This document shows positions 29,866 to 39,106 of a DNA stretch of 64,000 nt, one piece after another. Position numbers and translations under genes: made by a program. The stretch's first letter is position 1; every line of letters starts with the position of its first letter. The notes beneath the pieces were generated by a model, which saw nothing but the letters and a program-made list of their open reading frames with translations, was not told the DNA's origin and did not search any database. Location: IMG/VR virus record IMGVR_UViG_3300025687_000023. One strand, written 5' to 3'. This DNA is from an uncultured virus (IMG/VR IMGVR_UViG_3300025687_000023). Taxonomy: Duplodnaviria; Heunggongvirae; Uroviricota; Caudoviricetes.

Positions 29866-29932
29866 GGAGAAACTACTTATTATGAACAGGTCGTTAAGGA
29901 CCTCAACTTTTTTTAATTAAGGAGATTATATT

Positions 29933-30391
29933 ATGGCTAAAGTTGGAAGAGCTGCTCGTGTTGCGAGTAGACAAAGAACAGAAAAGATTTCTGATTCTGC
30001 AAAATCAATTCAGAGTGCAGAAACTGGTGAATTATATATCATTAATAATGCAGCACCCGGAGTTTTAACTTTGCCGGCTGCTCAAGATGGCGCTTATTTT
30101 AAAATTGTCTGGGCATTACATACTACCGGTGATGTTGTAATTTTAGCACAGTCAGGTGATTATTTGATAGGCTCTATTGTTCATTTGTTAAATGGAGCAT
30201 CAGTCGAAACCACTGAGGCGGTTGTTGGTGATACAGAAATTAGAGTAACACTTGCAAAAGGTGCTAGTGGGACAAATTCTGCAAAAGCCGGCTCACAGAT
30301 TGAGTGCTTTTCAGATGGTACTTACTGGTACATCACTGGACACATTATCGCGCAACATGCTGACAATGCAGCAACATTTGCTACTTCATAA
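29933..30391 (+). CDS. Hypothetical virion protein (possible head decoration)
   Basis: Own CTACTTA at 29873; TLPAAQDG motif; follows MCP. Confidence 0.65.
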   Translation: MAKVGRAARVASRQRTEKISDSAKSIQSAETGELYIINNAAPGVLTLPAAQDGAYFKIVWALHTTGDVVILAQSGDYLIGSIVHLLNGASVETTEAVVGDTEIRVTLAKGASGTNSAKAGSQIECFSDGTYWYITGHIIAQHADNAATFATS

Positions 30392-30401
30392 TAGGTGATC
30401 T

Positions 30402-30731
30402 ATGGGACGTAAAGCAAAAAGAGCTAAAGTACTCGTACGAAAGATGCGAATCACAGGACAAGAAATTGATCCTGTGGTTGCACGTCGTTGCGGTGTAGAA
30501 AAGCAAAACCAAAAACTCATTGACGCTCGACTTGAAAAAGAAACAGAAGAAAAGCGAATAGCAGAAGAAGCAGAACGCAAAAAGCGTGAAGCCGAAGAAG
30601 CAAAGCGAAAGGCAGAGGAGGAAGCCAAACGCAAAGCCGAAGAGGAAAAGAAAAAAGCTGAAGCTGCTAAAAAGAAAGCTGCTGCTGAGAAAAAGAAAGC
30701 CGAAGCCAAAAAACAATCTCCCGAAGAATAA
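30402..30731 (+). CDS. Lys/Glu/Ala-rich charged helical protein
   Basis: AEEAKRKAEE repeats; GGTG RBS. Confidence 0.65.
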   Translation: MGRKAKRAKVLVRKMRITGQEIDPVVARRCGVEKQNQKLIDARLEKETEEKRIAEEAERKKREAEEAKRKAEEEAKRKAEEEKKKAEAAKKKAAAEKKKAEAKKQSPEE

Positions 30732-30834
30732 AAATTTAACATATGTTAGTCCTCCGCTCTCGCCCCTTGCCTCTCCAATTGCTTGGGGCTTTTCTTTATC
30801 CTAAAACTATTTACTTCGAACGGAGGTTTTATGT

Positions 30835-32085
30835 ATGTCATTACCAACTTTAACACCAACTTCAACACAATCGGCAATTGTTCTTCCGGTAACAGGAACT
30901 TACTCCAAAGTTGCTGATGCTTGTCCTTTAGGTATATACACAGGATCAGTAGAATTTATAACAGGAGCAGTAAAACAAGTCAAATTTACTTATAAAAGAC
31001 TTGGAGGTGATGTTCTTGATATTGAATTAACAGAACAAAATGTTTATGCCAATTATGAAGAAGCAGTTCTTGAGTACTCTTATATAATAAATCAACATCA
31101 AGCAAAAAATGCTTTAGGTCCAGCTCTTGGATCTCCAACAGCCTCTTTTGATCACAAAGGCGAAACAACAGCAGGAGCAGATGGTGCTTCTCTCAAATAC
31201 CCAAAGTTCACCTTTGACTATGCTTTTAAAATGGGTGATAAATTTGCTACTGAAGCAGGTGTTGGAGGAACAGAACCAATCTATTCAGCTTCTATCTCAA
31301 CTGTTTCTGGACAACAAGATTATGACCTTCAAGATCTTGTTTATTCTGCATCTTTAGAATCAGGCTCACCATTCTCTGGTTCTGTTGGGAACAAAAGAAT
31401 CAAGATAAGAAAAATGTATTATATTTCTCCTCAACAAATGTGGAGGTTTTATGGTTATTATGGTGGTCTTAATGTTGTTGGAAACTTTCATAATTATGGT
31501 CAATATGCTGATGATTCTTCATTTCAAGTAATTCCGGCATGGCAAAATAAACTTCAAGCAATTTCTTATGAAGATCATCTTTACACAAGAACTTCACACT
31601 ATTCATATGAAATTATTGATAATAAATTAAGATTGTATCCAATACCTTCCACTGTTTCACCGGAGAAGTTTTGGTTTAGATTCACAATTGATGGGAATTC
31701 AAGCCCATTTACAGACGATACAAATGTTGGACAAGATGGCGTGAACAATATGAATACTTTGCCGTTCCAAAACATACCCTATGAGTCTATCAACTCAATG
31801 GGTAAGCAATGGATAAGGCGATTTGCTTTGGCGCTCTCAAAAGAGACCCTCGGCCAAATAAGAGGCAAATTTGGAGGTAACATACCAATACCGGGAGACA
31901 ATATAACTCTCAATGCTTCCGATCTATTGAGTCAAGCTAAAGAAGAACAAGACAAGTTAAAAGAAGAGTTAAGAAAAATACTTGAAGAGACAACATATGA
32001 TAAACTTATTGAAACAGATAAGAACATGGTTGAGAATCAAAACTCTATTGTACAGAAAGCACCTCTCGGAATCTTTGTAGGATAA
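30835..32085 (+). CDS. Neck/head-completion protein (gp13-like)
   Basis: RLGG..LDIELT N-terminal motif, LGQIRGKF...LN C-terminal motif; synteny. Confidence 0.7.
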   Translation: MSLPTLTPTSTQSAIVLPVTGTYSKVADACPLGIYTGSVEFITGAVKQVKFTYKRLGGDVLDIELTEQNVYANYEEAVLEYSYIINQHQAKNALGPALGSPTASFDHKGETTAGADGASLKYPKFTFDYAFKMGDKFATEAGVGGTEPIYSASISTVSGQQDYDLQDLVYSASLESGSPFSGSVGNKRIKIRKMYYISPQQMWRFYGYYGGLNVVGNFHNYGQYADDSSFQVIPAWQNKLQAISYEDHLYTRTSHYSYEIIDNKLRLYPIPSTVSPEKFWFRFTIDGNSSPFTDDTNVGQDGVNNMNTLPFQNIPYESINSMGKQWIRRFALALSKETLGQIRGKFGGNIPIPGDNITLNASDLLSQAKEEQDKLKEELRKILEETTYDKLIETDKNMVENQNSIVQKAPLGIFVG

Positions 32086-32090
32086 AATAA

Positions 32091-32582
32091 ATGTCAGATG
32101 ATAAATGGTCAAAATTAGATGCTCCGCCTCCTCCAATGTTTCTTGGAGAGAAAGAGAAAAACCTTGTAAAGCAAGTCAACGATGAAATCATCGAGAGAGT
32201 TGTTGGCCAACAAATCTTATATTTTCCAATTGATATTGAACATACGAACTATCATCCTCTTTATGGTGAAGCCATAGAGAAAACCTTTCTTCCTCCTGTT
32301 AGAGTATTTGCAAGAGTTGAATATGGTGGTGTTGAAACAAATGTCATTGACAATATTGGTTTAGACAAAAAAACCACTTTAAAGGTCATGTTTCATAAAA
32401 GAAGATTAACAGAAGATCAAAATCTTTTTGTAAGAGAAGGAGATTTTGTTAGATATGGTTCAATTTTTTATGAAATTGTAAAGACAAATGAACCAAAACA
32501 CCTATTCGGCCAAGCCGACACTCAATTTGAGATTATTGCTGATTGTATAAGAGCAAGAGATGGCGTATTTAATGCGGAGTAA
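32091..32582 (+). CDS. Neck/head-closure protein (gp14-like)
   Basis: LYGE, EGDFV...YEIV motifs; synteny. Confidence 0.65.
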   Translation: MSDDKWSKLDAPPPPMFLGEKEKNLVKQVNDEIIERVVGQQILYFPIDIEHTNYHPLYGEAIEKTFLPPVRVFARVEYGGVETNVIDNIGLDKKTTLKVMFHKRRLTEDQNLFVREGDFVRYGSIFYEIVKTNEPKHLFGQADTQFEIIADCIRARDGVFNAE

Positions 32583-32585
32583 ACA

Positions 32586-33422
32586 ATGACAACAAAAAAT
32601 ATTGAATTTAAAGCTTCAACAATCGAAACAATTGATACAAGCATTTATGAATGGGTTGAAAATACTTTAGATCTTCATACAACAACAAACAAAGGGTTGT
32701 TCAAAGTACCAGTATTGTGGCTTGGAACTGAAAGAACCTGGCAAATCAAGAATGATCAAACAATTAGAGATAAAGTTGGTAAATTAATCTTGCCTTTAAT
32801 TACTGTTAATCGTGATTCAATCACAAAAGATCCTTCATTTAAAGGATCATTTCAAGCAAATCTATTTGAACAACAAGATTATAAAGGTGGAGCAACACCT
32901 GTTGATTCTAATATTAATCAGGATAAAACTCAAAACTTCCAAAATTCAATAAGAACAAGAAACACAAATAACCAACAACAAACAGGAAAAGTAAAAGATA
33001 ATAATCAGATAATCTATAATACCTACAATGCTCCTATCCCTGTTTATGTTAACACGACATACTCTATAACACTAAGAACAGAATATCAACAGCAAATGAA
33101 TGATCTTATGCAACCATTTATTACAACAACAGGGCAAATTAATTCTTTTTTATTGAAAAGAGATGGGCACAGATACGAAGCTTTTATTCAACAAGATTAT
33201 TCTATGAATAATAATACAACAAATATTGGTGAAGATGAAAGAATGTTTGAAACAAAAGTTCAAATTAAAGTACTTGGATATTTAGTTGGAGAAGGTTTTA
33301 ATAGAACTCGACCAACTCTTTCTAGAAGAGAAAATCAAGTAAAAATAAGAATAACTGATGAAAGATCTATTGTTGGTGATAAAGTTCCATGGAAAAAGAA
33401 AGATAATGACTATAGAGATTAA
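32586..33422 (+). CDS. Tail terminator/sheath stabiliser (gp15-like)
   Basis: LPLITV.R and PVYV...Y motifs; position before sheath. Confidence 0.55.
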   Translation: MTTKNIEFKASTIETIDTSIYEWVENTLDLHTTTNKGLFKVPVLWLGTERTWQIKNDQTIRDKVGKLILPLITVNRDSITKDPSFKGSFQANLFEQQDYKGGATPVDSNINQDKTQNFQNSIRTRNTNNQQQTGKVKDNNQIIYNTYNAPIPVYVNTTYSITLRTEYQQQMNDLMQPFITTTGQINSFLLKRDGHRYEAFIQQDYSMNNNTTNIGEDERMFETKVQIKVLGYLVGEGFNRTRPTLSRRENQVKIRITDERSIVGDKVPWKKKDNDYRD

Positions 33423-33482
33423 GCGTTTCAGTTTTTTCACAACTACTTATTAGAGAAAAAAGTTTATTTAAGGAGAATTTAA

Positions 33483-36356
33483 ATGCCTACAAGATTTGAT
33501 TTTATATCACCAGGAATCCAACTTAATGAAGTTGATGAATCCCAAATACCATCAGTTGTATCTGATGATACCGGCCCAGTTATTATTGGACGCTCTCTTT
33601 CAGGTCCTGCTATGAAGCCAATCAAAGTTAAAAATCTTCAAGATTTTAACGAAATATTTGGTTTGGGAATTTCTGGAAAAGGAAATAAGAACAACGATGT
33701 CTGGAGAGATGGTAACACTCTTGGGCCAACTTATGCTGTTTATGCTGCTCAAGCTCATTTAGCTTCAGAAACAACTCCTGTTACATTTTTAAGACTATTA
33801 GGAGAGAAATCTGCTGATGCTACAACAGATGCTCAATATGCTGGTTGGAATATTGCTAATTCTTCAAATCCTTCTTCTACAATTGCCAACAATAAATCAG
33901 CTTATGGATTGTTTATTTTACCTTCAGCTTCTCATGATTCAAATGCTACTGGTTCTCTAGCGGCTATTTTCTATGTTAACGGTGGATCGGTTCAATTATC
34001 AGGAACTATCGCTGGTGATGGCGTAACAGACACTACATCTTCTGTTGGTACTTTGATTAAATCCGTAGGTACTTCAGCAAATCGATTCACAATTGAAGTA
34101 AGAGATGCTAGTGATGAAGAAGTTACAAAAAAGACTATTGATTTCACACCAGGTTCTTCGAAATACATTAGAAACCAGTTTAATACTAACCCTCAATTAC
34201 TTGAGGCAAACAAAAATTTTGGATTAACAAACAAAAACTATTTTCTTGGTGAAACATTTGAACAATCTGTTCATGAATATGGTGGAACTTCAACAACAGC
34301 TGGTGCTCAATTAGGTATTATCTTGGCTCTTGATTCTGGTTCTTTAAATTATGGAGATCATAAAAAAGATATGTTACCAGCAAAAACAGGTTGGTTCTTA
34401 AACAGAAAATCTGAAGATAATACAGATGGAGAAAAACTATTCCGTCTTGTTTCTCTTCATGAAGGTGAATGGTTGCAAGCTGGGTATCAAGTTGCTATCA
34501 AAGACTTAACACTTGGAAATGATGTTGAACCAAATTCAACATTTACACTTGAAATACAAGATAAGCACGGAAATGCAGTTGAGCAATTCTCAGGTCTTAA
34601 TTTAGATCCTTCATCAGAAAAATATATTGCAAAAGCAATTGGTGACCAATATCTTTCTTGGGATGCAACAAACACAAAATACAATGTTCGAGGAGAATAC
34701 ACAAACAAATCAAATTATGTTTATGTTGAAATGGCATCTGCTGTTACTTCTCAACAATTAGAAGACGCTCATGCTCTTCCTGTTGGATGTCTTGGTCCTT
34801 TAAGACCAAAAGGATTTTCAATTGTAAGTGGTTCACAAGTTGTTGCTAAAGCTGTTACTCCTTTATCTGGTAACACAGCATATGCTCACGCATCAGTTGT
34901 GGCTAATGCTAATGTGCCTCATGCTGGTGGAGATGCTAATATTTTTGCTAATGTTCCTGAAGCATTCTCAGGTTCTTTTGTGTTCCCATCTTTAAGACTC
35001 ACAGTAGAAAACGCCAATTCAAATGGAAAGAACTTTGCAAAAACAGATTTCCAAGGTGTTCGTCACCATAGAGCGACAGCAACAACAAGAGACGACTCTT
35101 TCATTGATTTGGTAAGAGTTCTTCCCGGCAATGCAACACTTAATTTAAATCATCACTTGGGCGAAAATGAATCACTTCCTGCTTCTCATGAGTATTCTTA
35201 TATATTCTCTCTTGATGATGTTGTACAAAGCAATACCAATTCAAATGAATATTATTACGAATCAGGTTCTTATGATGCTGGTACTTCTTATTCAAAAGCT
35301 CAAGGTTCAATTAAAAACCTTTTCCAAGACAAAGTTCGTCAATTTAGAGTCCCTTTCTTTGGAGGACATGATGGATTAGATCTTAAAGAAGTTGAGCCAT
35401 TCTCAAATAAAAACTTGACAGATAAAACAAGACAAGAATCTTATGCTTATAATTCTATTTTCAAAGCTCTTGAGTCAGTTCAAGATCCCGAGGTCGTTGA
35501 ATATAATGTTCTTGCAATCCCAGGTATCACACACACAGATGTTACTGATGAGGTTTTAAGAGTTGCAGCTGAAAGAAAAGATCACTTGGCTATTATCGAT
35601 ATCGAAGGCGGTTACAAGCCTGCTTATGAATCTAATGGTTCTGTTACCACTGGTGGTATCAATGGAACAATTACTTCTCTTGAAGGAAGAAAATTGAATA
35701 CATCTTATGCAGCTGCTTATTATCCCTGGGTACGTTTAAGAGATAGAATAGGCGGCCAAAATGACGTATTGTACGTGCCTCCATCGGTTGCTGCAATTGG
35801 TGCCCTAGCTAAGTCTGACAAAGCTTCAGATTTATGGTTTGCACCCGCAGGATTCAATCGTGGTGGTATCAACGAACTTGGTGGATCTCAAGGTCCAATT
35901 ATAACAGGAACTTGGGAGCACTTAACAAAAGATGATCGCGACGACTTGTATCAAAACAATATCAATCCAATTGCAAGATTTCCTTCAATGGATCAAATTG
36001 TAATCTTTGGACAAAAGACACTTCAACAAACAGATTCTGCTCTTAACAGAATTAATGTTAGAAGATTGTTGATTTTCCTTAAATACAGAATTGGACTTAT
36101 CGCTGATACTATTTTGTTTGATCAAAATGTAAGCACCACTTGGAATCGTTTTAAGTCAAGAGCAGAAAGAGAATTGGTTGATGTTCAAAATAGATTGGGA
36201 ATATCTGAGTTTAAATTAGTTCTTGATGAAAAAACAACAACACAAGACTTGGTAGATAGAAACATCATGTATGCTAAGATATTTATCAAGCCTACGAGAT
36301 CAATAGAGTTTATTGCAGTTGACTTTATTATCTCAAGATCTGGTGTAGAATTCTAA
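33483..36356 (+). CDS. gp18: Contractile tail sheath protein (gp18-like)
   Basis: SPGIQLNEVD, YYPW, WFAPAGFNRG, INPIARF, FGQKTLQ, RINVRRL. Confidence 0.95.
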   Translation: MPTRFDFISPGIQLNEVDESQIPSVVSDDTGPVIIGRSLSGPAMKPIKVKNLQDFNEIFGLGISGKGNKNNDVWRDGNTLGPTYAVYAAQAHLASETTPVTFLRLLGEKSADATTDAQYAGWNIANSSNPSSTIANNKSAYGLFILPSASHDSNATGSLAAIFYVNGGSVQLSGTIAGDGVTDTTSSVGTLIKSVGTSANRFTIEVRDASDEEVTKKTIDFTPGSSKYIRNQFNTNPQLLEANKNFGLTNKNYFLGETFEQSVHEYGGTSTTAGAQLGIILALDSGSLNYGDHKKDMLPAKTGWFLNRKSEDNTDGEKLFRLVSLHEGEWLQAGYQVAIKDLTLGNDVEPNSTFTLEIQDKHGNAVEQFSGLNLDPSSEKYIAKAIGDQYLSWDATNTKYNVRGEYTNKSNYVYVEMASAVTSQQLEDAHALPVGCLGPLRPKGFSIVSGSQVVAKAVTPLSGNTAYAHASVVANANVPHAGGDANIFANVPEAFSGSFVFPSLRLTVENANSNGKNFAKTDFQGVRHHRATATTRDDSFIDLVRVLPGNATLNLNHHLGENESLPASHEYSYIFSLDDVVQSNTNSNEYYYESGSYDAGTSYSKAQGSIKNLFQDKVRQFRVPFFGGHDGLDLKEVEPFSNKNLTDKTRQESYAYNSIFKALESVQDPEVVEYNVLAIPGITHTDVTDEVLRVAAERKDHLAIIDIEGGYKPAYESNGSVTTGGINGTITSLEGRKLNTSYAAAYYPWVRLRDRIGGQNDVLYVPPSVAAIGALAKSDKASDLWFAPAGFNRGGINELGGSQGPIITGTWEHLTKDDRDDLYQNNINPIARFPSMDQIVIFGQKTLQQTDSALNRINVRRLLIFLKYRIGLIADTILFDQNVSTTWNRFKSRAERELVDVQNRLGISEFKLVLDEKTTTQDLVDRNIMYAKIFIKPTRSIEFIAVDFIISRSGVEF

Positions 36357-36400
36357 TCTACACCACTATTTAATAATAGAATTTACAGGAGAAATAAATT

Positions 36401-36952
36401 ATGACATTTTGGAGTTCACCAGCCGCTGATCCTAAAAGAAAATATAGATTTTTGGTTAGACTTTTCAATCAAGAAATAGCTTGGTACGTTAAATCTGTTA
36501 CAGCACCATCTTATGAAATCACATCAATTGAACACGCTTTTTCAGATCACGTATTCAATTTTCCCGGAAAAATCAAATGGTCTGATGTTGAAGTAACTCT
36601 TGTTGACCCAGCTGGTGATAATGATGTTGTTCACAAGACACTTTCTTTGATCCAAGCAGCAGGATATGAAATTCCAAAATTTGGTGAATTGGATAATGCA
36701 TTTAAAACATTTACTAAAGCTTCTCTTGTTGGAAACAATGGAGAACTTTCAATTGAAACACAAGACGCTGAGGGAAATACTGTTGAAAAGTGGACACTTC
36801 ACAATGCTTTCATTACAAACGTAAAGTTTGGAGATTTTGATTATAGTTCAGAAGATATGAGAGAAATTTCATTGTCATTTAAATACGATTGGGCATCTTG
36901 CGAATTTAAAAACGGTGCGAAAGCGGGTAGTGATTTCTTCACTAATGGATAA
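36401..36952 (+). CDS. gp19: Tail tube protein (gp19-like)
   Basis: PKRKYRF, PGKIKW, VEKWTL, FGDFDY...YDW; follows sheath. Confidence 0.88.
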   Translation: MTFWSSPAADPKRKYRFLVRLFNQEIAWYVKSVTAPSYEITSIEHAFSDHVFNFPGKIKWSDVEVTLVDPAGDNDVVHKTLSLIQAAGYEIPKFGELDNAFKTFTKASLVGNNGELSIETQDAEGNTVEKWTLHNAFITNVKFGDFDYSSEDMREISLSFKYDWASCEFKNGAKAGSDFFTNG

Positions 36953-36965
36953 CACAGAGGTTTAA

Positions 36966-37676
36966 ATGTCTTTTTGGACAAGTCCGGATATGAAAATATT
37001 GCCAAAGTTTAGGTTTTCCTTGAACTTTGGCGGTATTATTTGGTGGGTAAAGACAGCACAATTTCCAAAATTATCACAAGAGAAGCAAGAAATTCAAACA
37101 GGATTTGGCGGTAACGCAGTATACAAGCCAGGACCGACTAAGTGGCAGCCAATAACAGTTACATTTGCTGATGTTATGATTCCACAAACAACAGATATAA
37201 CAACAAGAGATATGTCTACACAAATGTTTTGGTTTGGGATGGCTAATATTCTCGACGACCACCAACAAAAATCTGGACTTTTAATTTCTCGAGGAAATGG
37301 TGTTTATAATGAAGGCTTTGTTGAAACGTGGTTGGATGGCGTTCTTATCCAATCTGGTGGAAAATTAAATAAAATTGAAATCGAAAGACATTATCAAAAA
37401 GAATATGATGCTAATGAGAAGTGGATTATAGAAAATATCTTGATATCTGAAATTGATTTTGGTGGTGGAGATTACAGCTCTGATGAATTAAATGAAATTT
37501 CAATTACTTTTTCATATGACATTGCAAGACCAGAGACAACTGATGAAGCGTCTCCATTTTTCCAAACTGGTGAAGCAAGCACAGGATTACAACTAGAAAA
37601 GAAAGAAAAAATTAGAAATAGAGTTAATCAAAGACAACCAAAAAACCAACCAAAACATCAAGCTAGCTTAGAATAG
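36966..37676 (+). CDS. Second tail-tube-like protein
   Basis: Paralogous motifs MSFW, PGPTKWQPITVTFAD, EKWII, FGGGDYS. Confidence 0.7.
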   Translation: MSFWTSPDMKILPKFRFSLNFGGIIWWVKTAQFPKLSQEKQEIQTGFGGNAVYKPGPTKWQPITVTFADVMIPQTTDITTRDMSTQMFWFGMANILDDHQQKSGLLISRGNGVYNEGFVETWLDGVLIQSGGKLNKIEIERHYQKEYDANEKWIIENILISEIDFGGGDYSSDELNEISITFSYDIARPETTDEASPFFQTGEASTGLQLEKKEKIRNRVNQRQPKNQPKHQASLE

Positions 37677-37684
37677 GAGTAAAA

Positions 37685-38509
37685 ATGAGCAGAAACAACA
37701 ATGATAGAATCGGGCCTCCGGTTGAGCCCGCACAACAGCCAACCGAAAACCCATTATTAAACTTTGTTAAGCCGACATTATTTGTCGATCTTCCTTCAAA
37801 AGGAAAAGGATATCCCGAAGGTCATCCTTTGAAAGATCAAGAAGTAATTGAAGTTTTTCAAATGACAGCAAAAGACGAAGATATTTTAACATCTGAATCT
37901 TTAATAAAGAAAGGAATTGTACTTGATCGTTTTATCCAAAATATCTTGGTGGACAAATCAATTCAACTTGATTCTATTTTGATTGGAGACAAAAACGCTA
38001 TTCTTATAGACTCAAGAATAACAGGATACGGTCCAGACTATAATACAGAAATTGTATGTCCTTCTTGTTTCACTAAAAATCAAGTAACATATGATTTAAA
38101 CGATAAATCAATTCATTATGGATCTTCTTTGGAACCAAACGAAAAAGGTCTTTATGAATTAAAATTGCCACAATCTGGTGTTACTCTAGAAATTAAACAA
38201 TTAACCTCAAAAGAAGAGCGTTTAATTGTGGAAAGAATGACAGATTCTAAAAAGAAGAAAAAAGATGAATCAACAGTAACAGACCAATACAAACTAATGG
38301 TTGTTTCAGCTAATGGTGTCCAAGACAAAGGAATGGTTAATCAATTTATTGATCTTATGCCTCTTAAAGATTCTTTAACTCTTAAAAAGTTTTACAAAGA
38401 AATCTCTCCAAATGTTGAGTTGAAATTTGACTTTGCATGCAAATCTTGTGGTTATGAACAAGAATTGGAGGTGCCGCTTGGAGCGGAGTTTTTTTGGCCT
38501 AAACAATGA
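37685..38509 (+). CDS. Baseplate hub/tail assembly chaperone (T4 gp26-like)
   Basis: LPSKG, MTAKDEDIL, RITGYG, CxxC...CxxC, FFWP end. Confidence 0.75.
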   Translation: MSRNNNDRIGPPVEPAQQPTENPLLNFVKPTLFVDLPSKGKGYPEGHPLKDQEVIEVFQMTAKDEDILTSESLIKKGIVLDRFIQNILVDKSIQLDSILIGDKNAILIDSRITGYGPDYNTEIVCPSCFTKNQVTYDLNDKSIHYGSSLEPNEKGLYELKLPQSGVTLEIKQLTSKEERLIVERMTDSKKKKKDESTVTDQYKLMVVSANGVQDKGMVNQFIDLMPLKDSLTLKKFYKEISPNVELKFDFACKSCGYEQELEVPLGAEFFWPKQ

Positions 38510-38684
38510 ATATTCTAAACAATTGTATGAACAAATATTTCTTATGAAACATTATGGCGGTTGGTCTTTTATCGAAGTTTACAATTTGCCCGTTGGATTA
38601 AGAAATTGGTTTTACCAAAGATTGGTTCAACAATATGAAGAAGAAAACAAAGCCGCCGAAAAGGCATCAAAGAAGACCCGATAA
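38490..38684 (+). CDS. Small tail/baseplate assembly ORF (gp51-like), possibly a frameshift extension of the upstream gene
   Basis: GGWSFIEVYNLPVGLRNWF; no SD before ATG 38544; overlaps upstream gene at a T7 run. Confidence 0.55.
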   Translation, partial: FFGLNNEYSKQLYEQIFLMKHYGGWSFIEVYNLPVGLRNWFYQRLVQQYEEENKAAEKASKKTR

Positions 38685-38699
38685 TAATCGGGTTTTTTT
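38674..38699 (+). terminator. Intrinsic terminator followed by late motif CTACTTA (38707)
   Basis: AGACCCGAT-AATA-ATCGGGTTT plus T-run. Confidence 0.75.
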
Positions 38700-38734
38700 A
38701 ATTAAACTACTTATTAATAAGCGAGGAACTACTA

Positions 38735-39103
38735 ATGGAACTAGACTTTACAAAAAAGAAATTATTAACCGAATCTTGGATGAGAGCATTTGCAGATTGG
38801 AACAAAACATTTCTACGTTATATGTATGGAGAAGATGTTACAATGACTGCTGATTTAAAGGCTCATCAAAGGCTCTCAGAGGACGATGAAGGCCCCAAAC
38901 TAAAGTTTGTGATACGAGGAGAGGTTGAAGACGTTAAAGCCTATTCTCGAGCAATTATGGCCGAAAAAGAATATCTTGATAATTTTATCAAGCATGGAAA
39001 AGACCATCCTCAATCTCAAAAAACAAAAGAGATGTTGGACCAAGCCGTTGGACACTTTGAACAAACAACGGGAATCACTTGGCCATTCAAAGACGAGGGA
39101 TAA
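38735..39103 (+). CDS. Hypothetical late protein
   Basis: GAGG RBS; late motif upstream. Confidence 0.7.
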   Translation: MELDFTKKKLLTESWMRAFADWNKTFLRYMYGEDVTMTADLKAHQRLSEDDEGPKLKFVIRGEVEDVKAYSRAIMAEKEYLDNFIKHGKDHPQSQKTKEMLDQAVGHFEQTTGITWPFKDEG

Positions 39104-39106
39104 TAG

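Noticed and set aside
30386..30742. Minus-strand 118-aa ORF with apparent GGAGG RBS
   Set aside because: It mirrors a low-complexity plus-strand gene. The RBS/ATG is better explained as the anti-SD arm pairing with the next gene's start.
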